In this document: positions 18,811 through 30,700 of the stretch, in pieces
Layout: each line of letters begins with the position of its first letter
How positions within the stretch are numbered: position 1 is the first letter of the stretch
From: Paraspadella gotoi
Lineage: Eukaryota; Animalia; Chaetognatha
NCBI GenBank assembly: GCA_051294375.1
Contig: CM119271.1
Span: 13,888,372-13,952,371, forward strand
Length of the DNA: 64,000 nt
Direction: 5' to 3'
The notes under the pieces: model-generated
What the model saw: the letters and a program-made list of their open reading frames with translations, nothing else
What the model was told of the DNA's origin: nothing
Databases searched by the model: none
Translations under genes and position numbers: made by a program

Positions 18811-18868
18811 TTTTAAACGCTGATGAAGACTCTTATTCAAAGAGTCGAAACATGACCGTCTATTAAAA
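18811..18868 (+). ncRNA. Hammerhead ribozyme motif copy with U16.1 changed to A (likely inactive)
   Basis: ttttaaacg CTGATGA a gactct tattcaa agagtc GAAA catg AC cgtc; core at 18820-18826 and 18847-18850. Confidence 0.7.
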
Positions 18869-19848
18869 ATAAAATCGTTGTCACAAATTCTAAAACACTT
18901 TGCTTTTCTCTAAATATTAAACAACAACGAAAAGAAAGGATTATCACATATTATTAATCAATACGATTAAACCTTAAACATTTCTATCTCGATGCAAAGC
19001 TTTTCTCATCGCGTCAAACAAAAAACCTTTTCCTCCCTCGTAGCTCTCTCTCTCGCCGTCGCGAATCCGAACTATCGGCTCGCCGTCTCTTGTTTCGCCC
19101 TCGAGGGGCGGCCTTACCCAATCTCTCTCGCTCTCTCTCTCTCCCCCGCACCAAAAGAACAGTGGATGTCTTACAAAATTGGGCAATGTCTGCCCTCATT
19201 CTGTCGGAACCTTGTAATGTTCTATCACCCTGTCCTGGAACTGGCTTGAAATGATGTCAACTGTTTGTCATGGATTTCATCGTCTAAGCGCGCAGTCAAT
19301 GCGACGAGAAATTGCTGATATTCCGCGACGCTTTCCGGCTTCCGTCAATTTATTCTATAAAAAAAAATTAGCCCCAGTTCGTTGAGTAAAATTGACAACC
19401 GATAATCGAGTGGATCGTAAGCATTTTCTTTTTCTCTGCGTTATTTTCTGAACGTTCTGTCTTTTTAAGAGGACACAGTAAATCCTAAGATAGATTGGTG
19501 GGAGAAATTTCATTTCGTTTAATCGATATAACGGATGTTTTGACCAAAAAAAAAACAAAAAAAATGAATCTGGCTAGAATGAGACGGCTTCTCCTCACGA
19601 ATTTGTTTTTAATAAAACTGGTTTTAAGTGGATTCACAATTATTAAGACTTATTTTATTGCGTTTTCAATTTGGTTCTTTATTTAATTTTTCCACGTTTC
19701 GATTTCACAGTGAATTAGATGATGATGATGACGGCGTCGTTTATTTTTATTAGGTTGGTGATGATCCAAAGTAATAAAAAAACCAAAAAATACATATATA
19801 AAAATTAGGAAAATAATAATAAAAACACAAACGGAAGCTAAATCTGCG

Positions 19849-19953
19849 ATGAGCGTCGTCGACGAAGACGACGACGACGAGGCGATCACGAAGGATCTTC
19901 CATCGGTCCGTCGACGCCCCGACGCCGCCGACGGCGACGCCCACCGTCCGTAA
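19849..19953 (+). promoter_or_regulatory. 34-codon upstream ORF whose TAA overlaps the next ATG (TAATG)
   Basis: ATG 19849, MSVVDEDDDDEAITKDLPSVRRRPDAADGDAHRP, TAA 19951-19953; the long STK11 5' ORF starts at 19953. Confidence 0.45.
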
Positions 19954-22900
19954 TGTGCAAGACGCTGTGCCTTCCCTTCGAGACTCCAATGGATGGCACG
20001 GTCTTCGAAAATGACAACGAGACGACGACGACGACCTCGGAGCGCGAGCTCTTCTTCAACGACGCCGTCGATGGAAACGGTTTCGCCTCCACCGCCAATC
20101 CACGCCGGCGTCTCAAAAACGGAGCGGCGCCGTTGAGCGACGACGGCGTCATTTCGACGCCGCCGAATAAACGACTGAATCCCGAAGGCGCCGTGAGGGA
20201 ACGACCCGTCGAGGATCCTCCGGCGCCGGAAAATGGAGGCGGCGTCGAGTTTAATCTTCATCACGACGGAGAGACGGACGAGGAGGAGAAAGGGGTGGAT
20301 GGGGAAGAAGGGGAGGAGGAGGCGCAGGGCGCTCAAGGGGGCGTCCCGGTTTTTGGACTCGGTACAGACGAGGATTCTATGCAACAAGGATTCAACGCTA
20401 TGAATCTTTACAACGGAGACAGGTATGTGTTTTTTATATGTTTTTTTATGAATGTCATTAAAATTAGTTCTAGATTCAAAGATGGGGTGAAAATTCTCTT
20501 TTTTGTTTACTGCTACATGCGAATTAGATTATATGGTTACATTTTAAGAGTTGACTAAGACGCGATTTTTTAGGCTTATAGAAAAAGGGGGGGAAAATAT
20601 TTATAATTTTTATTAAAACAGTGTTTCTTTGCGGATTTCAAATATTATGTATAAATTTATAAATATATTATCTCTGTAGCTTTGACAACTTCATGGATTA
20701 CGGAGACGACGGTGACATCTCCGACTTCATCCACCGAATCTCCTCCAACGAGATCGTCGAGGTCTTCAAACCCAAGCGGCCTAAACTCATCGGCGATCGC
20801 TACCTCATCGGCGACTGCATGGGCGAAGGCTCTTATGGAAAAGTCAAAGAAGTCCTCGGTACGATTCTTTAAAATGAGAATACATATTTGAGCAACCCAT
20901 TTTTACTGTGGTGTTTTTATTGACAAGTGGATTTTTTGAACTGATAAATATTAAATAGCCATCATGTAAGTCGTAACAAAAACAACAATTTTCTCACTGA
21001 CTTTGAAAGCAACAGAATCAGAAAACTACAATACGCAAAAGAGATTAATTGAATCCCTTCTCATTTGGAATAAACTTCCAAATTACTCTGCTTCAAATTC
21101 TTTGCGTTCATTTTCTTTACTTTCATCCCTTTCCTCACTTCCTCCCCCTTCCTGACCTCTCTACTTTACCCACCCTCCCTCTCCCCCAATTGTCTCAACA
21201 AGACTGCGTGACCCTGAGTCGTCGCGCGGTGAAGATCATCAAGAAAAAGAAGTTACGCAAGATTCCCAACGGAGAGCACAACGTGATGATGGAGATCAAA
21301 CTCCTTCGCAAGATGGACCACTCCAACGTCATCCGCCTCTTCGACAACCTCGTCAACGACAAAAAGGGCAAGCTCTACCTCATTCTCGAGTACTGCGTCA
21401 CCAGCCTGCAGGACCTGCTCGACTCGGGACCGGACAAGCGATTCCCCACGGCCCAGGCGCACCTCTACTTCACGCAGATCGTCCGTGGACTTGGTAAAGG
21501 GTTTGGGACGTGTCAGTGATGAGACTTTGGATCGACAGGGTGATCTTTAATGGCTTCACCCTGCAGAGTATCTCCACGGTCACAATGTGATCCACAAGGA
21601 CATCAAGCCGGGCAATCTCCTCGTCACCCTGGACGAGACGATCAAGATCACGGACTTTGGCGTCGCGGAGCAGCTGGATCGCTTCGCTCCGGACGACACG
21701 TCCTGCGCCAGCCAGGTTGCGGAATCGGGAACACGATCCCGATTTCCATTTCAGTCGGGAGAAATGGAAAATGAGACGAAAATGCCTTCAATTTTATTCA
21801 GGGGACGCCGACGTTTCAGCCACCGGAAATTGCCAACGGGACCGACAAATTTCCCGGATTCAAAGTCGACATTTGGTCGTCGGGCGTTACGCTCTTCAAC
21901 TTCTTGACAGGTTCTTCTGCTTCCGAAACCTTTTCTTTCCTCTTCTATATTTTTCTATTTTTTTTTCATGATTCATTCAATTCATTCATTCATTCATTCA
22001 TTCATTCATTCATTCATTCACATCTCCCTCACTTCTAGGAACCTACCCCTTCGAGGGTGAGAACATCTACAAACTGTTCGAGAACATCGGGAAAGGCGAC
22101 TTCGAAATTCCCACCACTGTCGACCCCATCATTCATCCTCTCCTCCGCGGGATGCTCGAGTATCGACCGGAGGACCGTTGGAACCTCATTCAGATCATGG
22201 AACACGACTGGTTTAGGTATTCTGGCGAAAAGTCTTAGCTTTCGTGGTCGTTAAATGTTTGTTTATGCTATTGGCAGTGAACAAGTTAGCTTGCCCCCTA
22301 CTGTGGACAAGCTGAGAAGATAATGAATTACCTAGCAAGTAATCAATCAATCAATCTAGTTTATTTATTTAGTTTGTCATGTATTCAATTAGTTTATTTA
22401 TTAGTCGACATTATCGTCAGGAAACGTCATTCGCGTTCCCTCGACCACGTCCCGCTTCCGCTCTCTCGATCGCCCGACGGCCTCGGGGGCATGACGCTCT
22501 TGGGTCACGTGGCGCAGTTGAATCAAGGAGAAGGCATAGACTTTCAGGGGGTAAATGTTTTTTTTTAATACAATTTATTATTAGATAATTGATTTAACTA
22601 ATTGAATTGGCAATCTCCGTCATTCTTCCGCCAGGACGAAGACGCCGGAGTTGAGGCGTCGTCTCTCCGCGCCTCCCGCGACATCCCCTACTCCGTCGCC
22701 GCCTCCCGACCCGGCGGCGGCTTCTTTCCCGAACGAGACATTTCCTTTCACGGCGCCAACGACGACGATTGGGCGCGGCGTCCTGGCGTCGACGGCGCCC
22801 TCGACCGACTCTCCATCGGCGCCCGTCCCGATAATTCGGAAATCGACGCCGGGGCTTCGGAGTCCGGAGTCCTGCCTCCCGTCGAATCGTCCGGCCTCCG

Positions 22901-23177
22901 GTCCGGTCCCGGCGCCTCCCCTCGCCTGCTCCCAGCTGCCCGTCTTCTGGAGCCTCCGCGTTCGCCGGGCGGCGACGACGCCGACTCCGCCTCCAAAGAC
23001 GCCGGCCCGGCGTCGTCGTCGTCCTTGCGAAACGGATCGTCGACGCGCAACGGCGCGACTCGATCGACGACGGCGTCGCGGGAAGGAAGTTCGGTTCGCG
23101 ACGCCGCCTCGTTGGATTCCAAATCCGGCAGCCGAGGATCCGGAATCACGAAGAGACTCACCTGTCGACAATCCTGA
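19953..23177 (+). CDS. STK11: Serine/threonine kinase STK11/LKB1, ~8 exons, with long low-complexity N- and C-terminal extensions
   Basis: [115 protein letters not shown]; ends KRLTCRQS (basophilic kinase site plus CAAX box, as in LKB1). Start codon uncertain. Confidence 0.95.
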
Positions 23178-25103
23178 CCTGTTTTTTTTTTTTTTTTTTT
23201 CCTCTTCTCCATCCCACCTTCCAAATCTCACTTCTCGAAACTCTTTAAATCTCTTTGAATATTGAAAAAAATCCCCCCGCCCCCTTTGGCGTTACATGGC
23301 AAACAATACATGGTATTTTTTTTTCTTTCTCCCTTTCCATATTTCTCTCTCCTTCCTCCCCCTCCCTTCATCTTTGAAACGATAGTAAATCGAACAGCGT
23401 GGTTTTTTTTCGGTTTTTTTCTCTTCGTGAATCAATTGATTTTTTTTCTCCCAAAATTAAAAAAAACAACAGAAAAACAACACAGAATCATTAAATTTTT
23501 AACTTAACTCAGGAATTTTTAAGTGTTATTTCGTTCGAGCCAAGTTTAGAAGAAAGAGAACTCCCCCTTTAATTCTCGATGCGAATTTGTGAAAAACGAA
23601 CTTACCTGGAAACGCGGGGAAAAATTAAAACTTGAGAGGGTACGCCTCGATCGCAAGACCGAGGAGACCGACTCGGAGGGAGAGTTCGGGGGGGAGGGAG
23701 TCGAGTCGTCGCGCAAAAAGAGAGAGAGAGAGCGAGCTCATTGTTCATTAGTATTAAGTAACAGGGCCAGTTATACTACCTTCCCCCCCCCTCTTTTTTT
23801 TTTAACCCCCTCCCGACCAGCGCTAAAAACAGATATTATTAATGAATATACAATATAAATTCACTTCTTAAATGGTCAATCATCGTTATCACAAGATAAA
23901 AAACCCATTAGCAATCACGATCCGGATCGTCGCCGTTTGTCGCTCCCCCTCGCCACCGCCTCTCCCCCCCCACCCCCACCTTCATCGGCGACGTCCTCAG
24001 TTGCACCGATCAATGTTTATTTCATAAACATAAAAAAGAGCCGATTATTTTTTCGCTTAACATTTTCCACAAAACTTGGAAATTCGCTCCTCTTTCCCGA
24101 ACTTCGCGCCATATGTACCGTTTCGCTTAGTAAAAAAAAACTATTGGTCATTTGTTAAAAACCAAAGTAACCGCCTTTTTTTATGATTTTCATGATTAAT
24201 TCTTAGTTCTTTAATCGCTAGAGCCTCGTCGCGTGATTGTCTCTCTCTCATTCTCTCATTTCGTTGCTTGACTACGATTTCCTCTCGGTCTTCCCTAGCA
24301 ATTCACCTCCTCTCCTCCCCATTCATAATTTCTTCAAATCTCTTAAAACTTTCCGTGACAAAATTCATTATCCAAAAAAAAAAAAAATCAATTATTATTT
24401 CTCTCTCCTTTTTTTTTTGTCCGCTCTCAGGTGACGCGAGTTTTTTTTGCCGACGTCGCCTCCATTTTTATTTTAACATTTCTAATTCGCCCTCTCTCAT
24501 CGCTTTTATACATTTACAAAGTGTGATACGCTCGTAGAGTTTACATAGAAACAAAAAAGAAATCTTTCTATTCGTTTTCCTAATCCAATCGTTATAGTCT
24601 ACGTAGTGTTAGGGGGGGGACAGATTTGATTTTACTAAAATCATTTTAAGAATTTTTTTTTTTTTTTTTCGCTTCTCGAAATTTTTTCAGCGTCAGCCGC
24701 TTTTTGTTTTTTGTTTTTTAATCTTCAAAGGCTTTATTGTGTCGATTGATCATTATTATTATTATTATTCTCATCGTCTGATGCAATATTATTACGATGG
24801 TTAAACATCTCGGCGAGACGCGAAGAAGCGGAAATGAGAAGCGGAAAAAGAATTTAATTTATATTTCATCATCGATTTTTTTTTCTTCTTCTTCGCCGCT
24901 AAGGATTTTCGATCGTCCGACAACCGGATGCGGGCGACGACGACGTCGCGTGGGCGGAAGACGCCGCCCGCACTTTAACCATTTTTTGGAGGACGAGTAA
25001 TAAAAAAAAAACAGAAGAAAAAAAACAACTAAAGCCGTGTACGTAACAAACGCGAAACTACTTAAGACACTGAATTGAGATAATAAGAAAAAACTCGTGA
25101 AAA

Positions 25104-25234
25104 ATGGCGGATAAAAAGTTGGGAAGGTTGATTTGTCGCGGCGTCGTCGACGTCGTCATCGTCATCGTCATCGGGGCTTTCTTCTTGTACAAAAAGTTGG
25201 CGGGAAAACCTAACATCCGCGGGTGAGTTTGTCG

Positions 25235-25272
<38 letters not shown>

Positions 25273-26359
25273 CCAAACTATTTCACCGACTCCCTGTCCC
25301 TAATCATTTTGTTTTCTCTCATTGTCTCTATCATTTTCATAATCCGCCCCATCCCCATTCCCATCCCCATCCCCATCCACGTCCCGTCCCTTCCCCGTCC
25401 CCATTCCCATCCCCGTTCCCATCCCCATCCCATTCCCGTCCCCGTCCCGTCCCATCCCATCCCCCAACCCAACCCCTTTTCATACAATTGAAACTTCTTG
25501 ACATATTATGCCACTTCATTGATAGGGAAGCCAGGTACTCTGGGAGTGAATAAACGAGACTGAGAGACAGTCTTGATTGAAAGCTTGCAGGGACTTGCTA
25601 TGTCATTATCTTGTAAGAGTGATGGAGGCCTTAAACCACAAAGCCTATTCCAAAGTCAGGGGCAAGATAGCTTATTTTTTAAATGAATGGATAATTTTTA
25701 TATTGGTTGTACCAATTTCATAAAGATTTTTCTGCGACGACGAAACCATCTCTTACCCCTACGGCGCCGACACTGTCTCTTGGGGCGCCTGCCTCGCCAT
25801 CGGCGTCGTCCTCACCGCCGTCGTCGTCTTCGCCTCCGAATTGGCGAAGGCGCTTCGAGGGCCCGACGGAAAGTGGAGCCTCTTCGGCGAGGTGAGGTTT
25901 TGCAAGAGCTGGTTAGGGGGGGGGAGTCTTAACCCTAAAAAAAAATAGATCAACTTTTCCCTTTCCTTTGTCCCCAGCGGATGTTCCTCTACTCCTTACC
26001 CTTTATCGCCGGCGCTCTCTTCGAGCACACCTTCGTGGAGATCGCCAAGTTCCAAGTCGGACGCCTCCGTCCCAACTTCCTCGACGCCTGTCATCCCACG
26101 TTCCTCGTCGACGGCGTCGTCTCCACGTGCGCCAACTCGACCGGCGACGGCGCCGCCCCCTTCCGGCGTCACGTCTCCCGCTACGAGTGCGAGCGTCTCG
26201 ACCTCAAATCCTCAATGCTCTCGTTTCCCTCAGGCCACACCTCCTTCATCTTCTTTTGCATGGTCTACCTGGCGGGCTACTTGCAGATCAGGGTGACCAA
26301 GGTGAGGATTGATAAGCTTTAAAAAAATATGTCAAGATGATTAGGTTAATCATTACAGC

Positions 26360-26390
<31 letters not shown>

Positions 26391-26685
26391 GGCAGCGCCT
26401 TCTCTCCTTTTTGCTGCGACCCTTCCTACAAATCTCATTCCTCTGGCTGGCCTGGTGGGTGGCGCTCACCAGGGTCTCCGATTTTAAGCACCACTGGAGC
26501 GACGTGTTGGCCGGTATTTTGTTAAAAATGTTTTTAACTAGACTTATTTACATTAATTAACAAAACTAGGCGGCGTCATCGGGACTTTCGTCGCTCTCGT
26601 CGCTCTCTACTTCGTCATTCGGTGGACAAAGATTTTGGAGGCGACGTCCCAGGACGACTTGGCCGACACTGGCCCCAAAGTCTGA
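25104..26685 (+). CDS. Phospholipid phosphatase (PAP2/LPP/wunen family), ~5 exons
   Basis: RGFFCDDETISYPY; C1 KFQVGRLRPNF; C2 SFPSGH; C3 TRVSDFKHHWSDV; several hydrophobic segments; stop 26683-26685. Confidence 0.9.
25345..25478 (-). repeat. Degenerate 6-bp repeat (CCCATC/CCCGTC; GGG runs on the minus strand) in PLPP intron 1
   Basis: About 20 CCC runs separated by 2-4 nt. Confidence 0.85.
25511..25721. mobile_element. Interspersed repeat family A, copy 2, ending 4 nt before the PLPP intron 1 acceptor
   Basis: Near-identical to 7660-7870; followed directly by aaag and the exon GFFCDD. Confidence 0.85.
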
Positions 26686-27215
26686 CGAGAGGTCGAATAG
26701 CAGGCGAACTTTGCGAGAGGCCGAATCTTCTTCGTGATGCCGTCTCCAATGCTCAAAAACTTTGGCAGCCGAAAGAAACAAAAAAAAAAAAACTATGTAT
26801 CTAGCGACACTTATTTATATCGGGAACTTGTAGAAATTAACTCTCCTCTGGTTGGTAGTGTTAAGTACTATCCGATTTCTTTTAATCTTTTGCTAATTTT
26901 GCGATTTTATCGTTTTTAAATTTAGCGTAATTTTTTTTTTTTTGCCGAGCTTTTTTTATTCTTTGGTTAAAATGATAATTTTAACCATTTGTTTGTAAAT
27001 GTGACACGTTTGGTATATTTTTTTTCATCACTATTCAAAAAAGATTTAAAAAATCAAAATCAAGATTTTGTTGCCTTTTTATCTAAAGAGAGTAAAGAGT
27101 AAGGCGTAGTAAAATTTCTAAATTTAACTTTAAAATTCTAAAAGTGAGGAACGAACAACATTATACTAATGAACATTTATATATAAAAAGAATTTATAAT
27201 AAACTTTACAATTTA

Positions 27216-27593
27216 TGCAGTAGGCCATATTTGTACTAATCCAATAAATGCTAAAATTTCAAAACTGTTTTTTCTAAGATTTTTTTGAAGATTTGGATTC
27301 GTCATAAAAAGTTGATGAAAAGAAATATAACTCTTTTTGAAAAATTCCTTCATTAAGTGGGACAAAAATTAGAAAACGCTATATTTTAAGCTGAAGATTA
27401 ACTTTTTATATATTAAATATAGTTTTTTTTAATTTTTAACCCACTTAATGAAAGAATTTTTTAAAATGATTTATATTTTCTTCCATCAACTTTTGACGAG
27501 GAATTTAAATTTGCAATCAAAATTAAGAAAAGCCTATTTCGAAATTTTTCGATTTTATAAGGATAGTACTATATATAAATATAGCCTACTGCA
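27216..27593. mobile_element. MITE-like palindromic element (~378 bp) just upstream of GALE
   Basis: Ends tgcagtaggccatattt / aaatatagcctactgca; inner inverted pair tcgtcataaaaagttgatg / catcaacttttgacga. Confidence 0.65.
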
Positions 27594-27705
27594 AAAATTA
27601 AAAAAACAAATTAATTTTCACCGATGGTATGTTGTTCAGAATTGACTTTTAGAATTTCCGTACATAACTTTCACTACGCTCTAGTAAAGACGCCATCCGA
27701 CGAAG

Positions 27706-30700
27706 ATGGTGATACTCGTGACCGGAGGAGCCGGTTACGTCGGCGTTCACTCCGTCATCGAACTCGTCAACGCAGGTCGAGTCTCTCTTGCCCACGTTCT
27801 TCCTTCTTATCTTTCTTGTCAAACGACATCTCCCTTTCCGCACTCCATATTCCATCTCATTCGCCGAATCCCTTCAAACGTTTTCCCCCTCTATAGGTCA
27901 CGAGGTCGTGGTGGTGGACAACCTGGCCAACTCGTCGGCGACGTCGCTCGAACGCGCGGAGAAAATCACCGGACGACCAGTTCCATTTCACCAACTCGAC
28001 CTTCTGGACAAAGAGTTGGGATTTCCTCGAGGGTTTTTTCTTGTTATTGTTATCGTTATTGTTGTCAAACTCATTTCGTTCCTCAGGAGTCTTCGCAAAG
28101 TCTTTTGCTCTTACTCCATCTCATCCGTGATCCATTTCGCGGGACTTAAGGCCGTCGGCGAGTCCTGTCAAATCCCTTTGAAGTATTACCGGTGAGGCCG
28201 GGATATAGTTTGTCCAATTCACAATCAAGTACGTATATCGCGATGCTATTTATCCCTCTATTTTCTTAGCGTCAACGTTGGCGGAACTCTCAGTCTCCTC
28301 GAAATGATGGCGGAGTTTGGAGTTAAACGCCTCGTCTTTTCGTCCTCGGCAACCGTCTACGGACAAGCGGAATATCTTCCCATAGACGAGAAACATCCCG
28401 TCGGCTCGGGTTGGTAGCGGTCGGAAAATTATTGTTCTTGTTATTGTTAGGACCCGCCGGTCCGTCCTCCTCCTAAAACGCCCCCGAGAATATTCGAAGA
28501 ATATTTGAGGAAACTCCTCAACCCCGGCGAGATGCTTCGGTATTCCAGAGATTCTTCAAAGGCATGATTTGGTGGCTTGAGCAGATCGACGATCAAATAG
28601 TCTCTTTATTTCTCTGAGTTTATGAAGAGTTTAAAAAGGGTACCTTAATAAAATAATCAAAGCATATAGATATTCAAACAGTACAATAAAGAATTATTAT
28701 TTAAACACAAAAGAATTACAAAAATCAGTATAAACTCAAAAACCAATGAATAAACTAAAGCACGAATGACGAAATGATCCAAACGATAAATCCTTGTGAC
28801 GAAGTAAAGTTCGAACTCAGATATCACGATTCGCGAGTCTTTGGATCTAACAGCTCCTCCCCCACCCCGAGTTCGATGCGTCCTCGTATCGATGGGATCG
28901 ATGGAAAAGTCTTTGGAATCGATGGAAACGTCTTTGGAATCGATGGAAACATCTTTTGAAATCGATGGAAACGTCTTTGGAATCGATGGAAACGTCTTTG
29001 GAATCGATGGAAATGTAAACTTGTAATAGCTCTTTTCCTGCCACGCGGGACTTTTTCTTCTAAAACTACTAGCGAAATCCTTCTTGTAAGTTTGGAGTTG
29101 ACAAGCGAAAGAGTAACATCTTGACGAGTGAGAAAAGTATCCTTTTTTCACCGAAACAGCAGCAGAGGGAGCAACATTCTTTAGCATTTAAATAGATCGA
29201 AATGAAATGTTTTGCCGGCAAAGAAAAAGAGGGATCGTTGTAACTCCGTGACTTCAGAAGGGCATCAGATTTAGTAAATTGAATTTTCCACCTTTATTCG
29301 CTTCGAATTCATCGTCCATTGTTTATTTCGTTAAACGAGTTTCCAATTTTCAATTTATTTTTTTAATAGTAGTTGCGAATAAAAACTTGAATTTCCAAAT
29401 AGTTTTTATTTTTTTTTTAATGATCGAGACTGAGAATAAATAGAAAGTCGCGCCGCTATTTTCCTTTACGATTTGTTTCAATCGACGCGCGTAATTTGAG
29501 AGTCGAAAGATCGTGATGAGTGAGACGTCTTGATTATCGGCGAAGAGAAAGCCGACTGTCCCGAGAGAAACGCTCGAAGTCGCGAAGATACGATTTGAGA
29601 GATTGGCGACTTCACTGCATAGTGTTCGACGTGAAATTATTTTTCCTTCGTTGTAGAATAACTCGAGAGAAAGCCATCCGAATCGATTTCCGTCGCGAAA
29701 GTCCCATTTTATTACGGATAACACGCCGCGTCGTATCAATTTCTTAAGTGCTCCGCAATTTGCGGTATGGATAGCTGAAGACGCGTCTTTTGAATTTCAA
29801 TTTATGTAAAATGTGTAAAAGTGTATTATGAATTGTAAATTGTAAATATGGTTTTATTCTGCAATGAAACTTGATTAGGCTTTGATGCTAAATAAAAAGG
29901 CTAAGAACTTATAAAGGAAGAAAAAAAAAGAAATCCCCGGGGATGAAAAGGAAAAAAAAAATTTTTTTTTTTTGTTGTTGTTTTTTTTTTTTGTATTAAC
30001 TAAAGTGCGAACTCTAATGAAATGATATAAAGTAAATTTTACATGCTATAAGGAGGTGCATTGCCTGAGGCCATTGCTTTCAAGATGTTCTTGGATGTCG
30101 TTCAACATGAGGCAGATTTTGACTTTTGGTAAAGCCAAAGACCTTAATTTTTCTGCTTCATTTTTAAACAGCATATTGAGAGTTTCTTCAAGTAGATTGC
30201 AATCCTTTTTAGTTGCTTGCGGCAGGTTTTGATACGTGGTGAAAGAGTGTCCTGGTTCCAACTTGGTTGGGATCCAGTGACAACACTCACGATCAATCTT
30301 ATTGTTGTCAAGATGATTTAGGCCAAGGGAATTGCACACATCTTCACAAAAGAAAACTTTATAAATTGACCACAGGTTCTTTGAAGTGAAATTCTTGCAC
30401 AGTATACCTTTTGGGCGCGGTGCTGATCGACTTGACTGTAGCGTTAATCTGCCATTGTTGGCCTGCATTTTGAATTTGTAATGGTAATTATACAAATGTA
30501 AAATATTTAAAAATGTGTAAAAAAATTTGTAGTTTAAAATACAGATGTGTGTTCAACTATGCTATGATAAAAACATGTAATAAAAGGTTGTTTTGAAAGA
30601 ATTTAAAAAAAAAGATAAAACCCCAAATTAAAAAGTTAAAAGGAATATCCATAAAAATACAATAGAAGGAAGAGTAAGTAATAAAATGCATAATAACTTT

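Larger units (their letters stand above)
18096..18915. mobile_element. Fold-back element: two ~300-bp inverted arms (18096-18416, 18625-18915), each carrying a hammerhead motif; resembles inverted Penelope-like pLTRs
   Basis: Arms are reverse complements (atttagagaaaagcaaagtgttttagaatttg / caaattctaaaacactttgcttttctctaaat); ~200-bp spacer; related sequence at ~36640-36740 and 37245-37330. Confidence 0.8.

Noticed and set aside
22620-23265. Overlapping antisense and alternate-frame ORFs at the STK11 3' exon
   Set aside because: Expected in very GC-rich exons; only the frame ending CRQS fits STK11.
28657-29187. 176-aa ORF with hydrophobic C-terminus (env-like?) in the LTR element
   Set aside because: Built from the 21-bp repeat and AT-rich LTR sequence; no recognisable domain.
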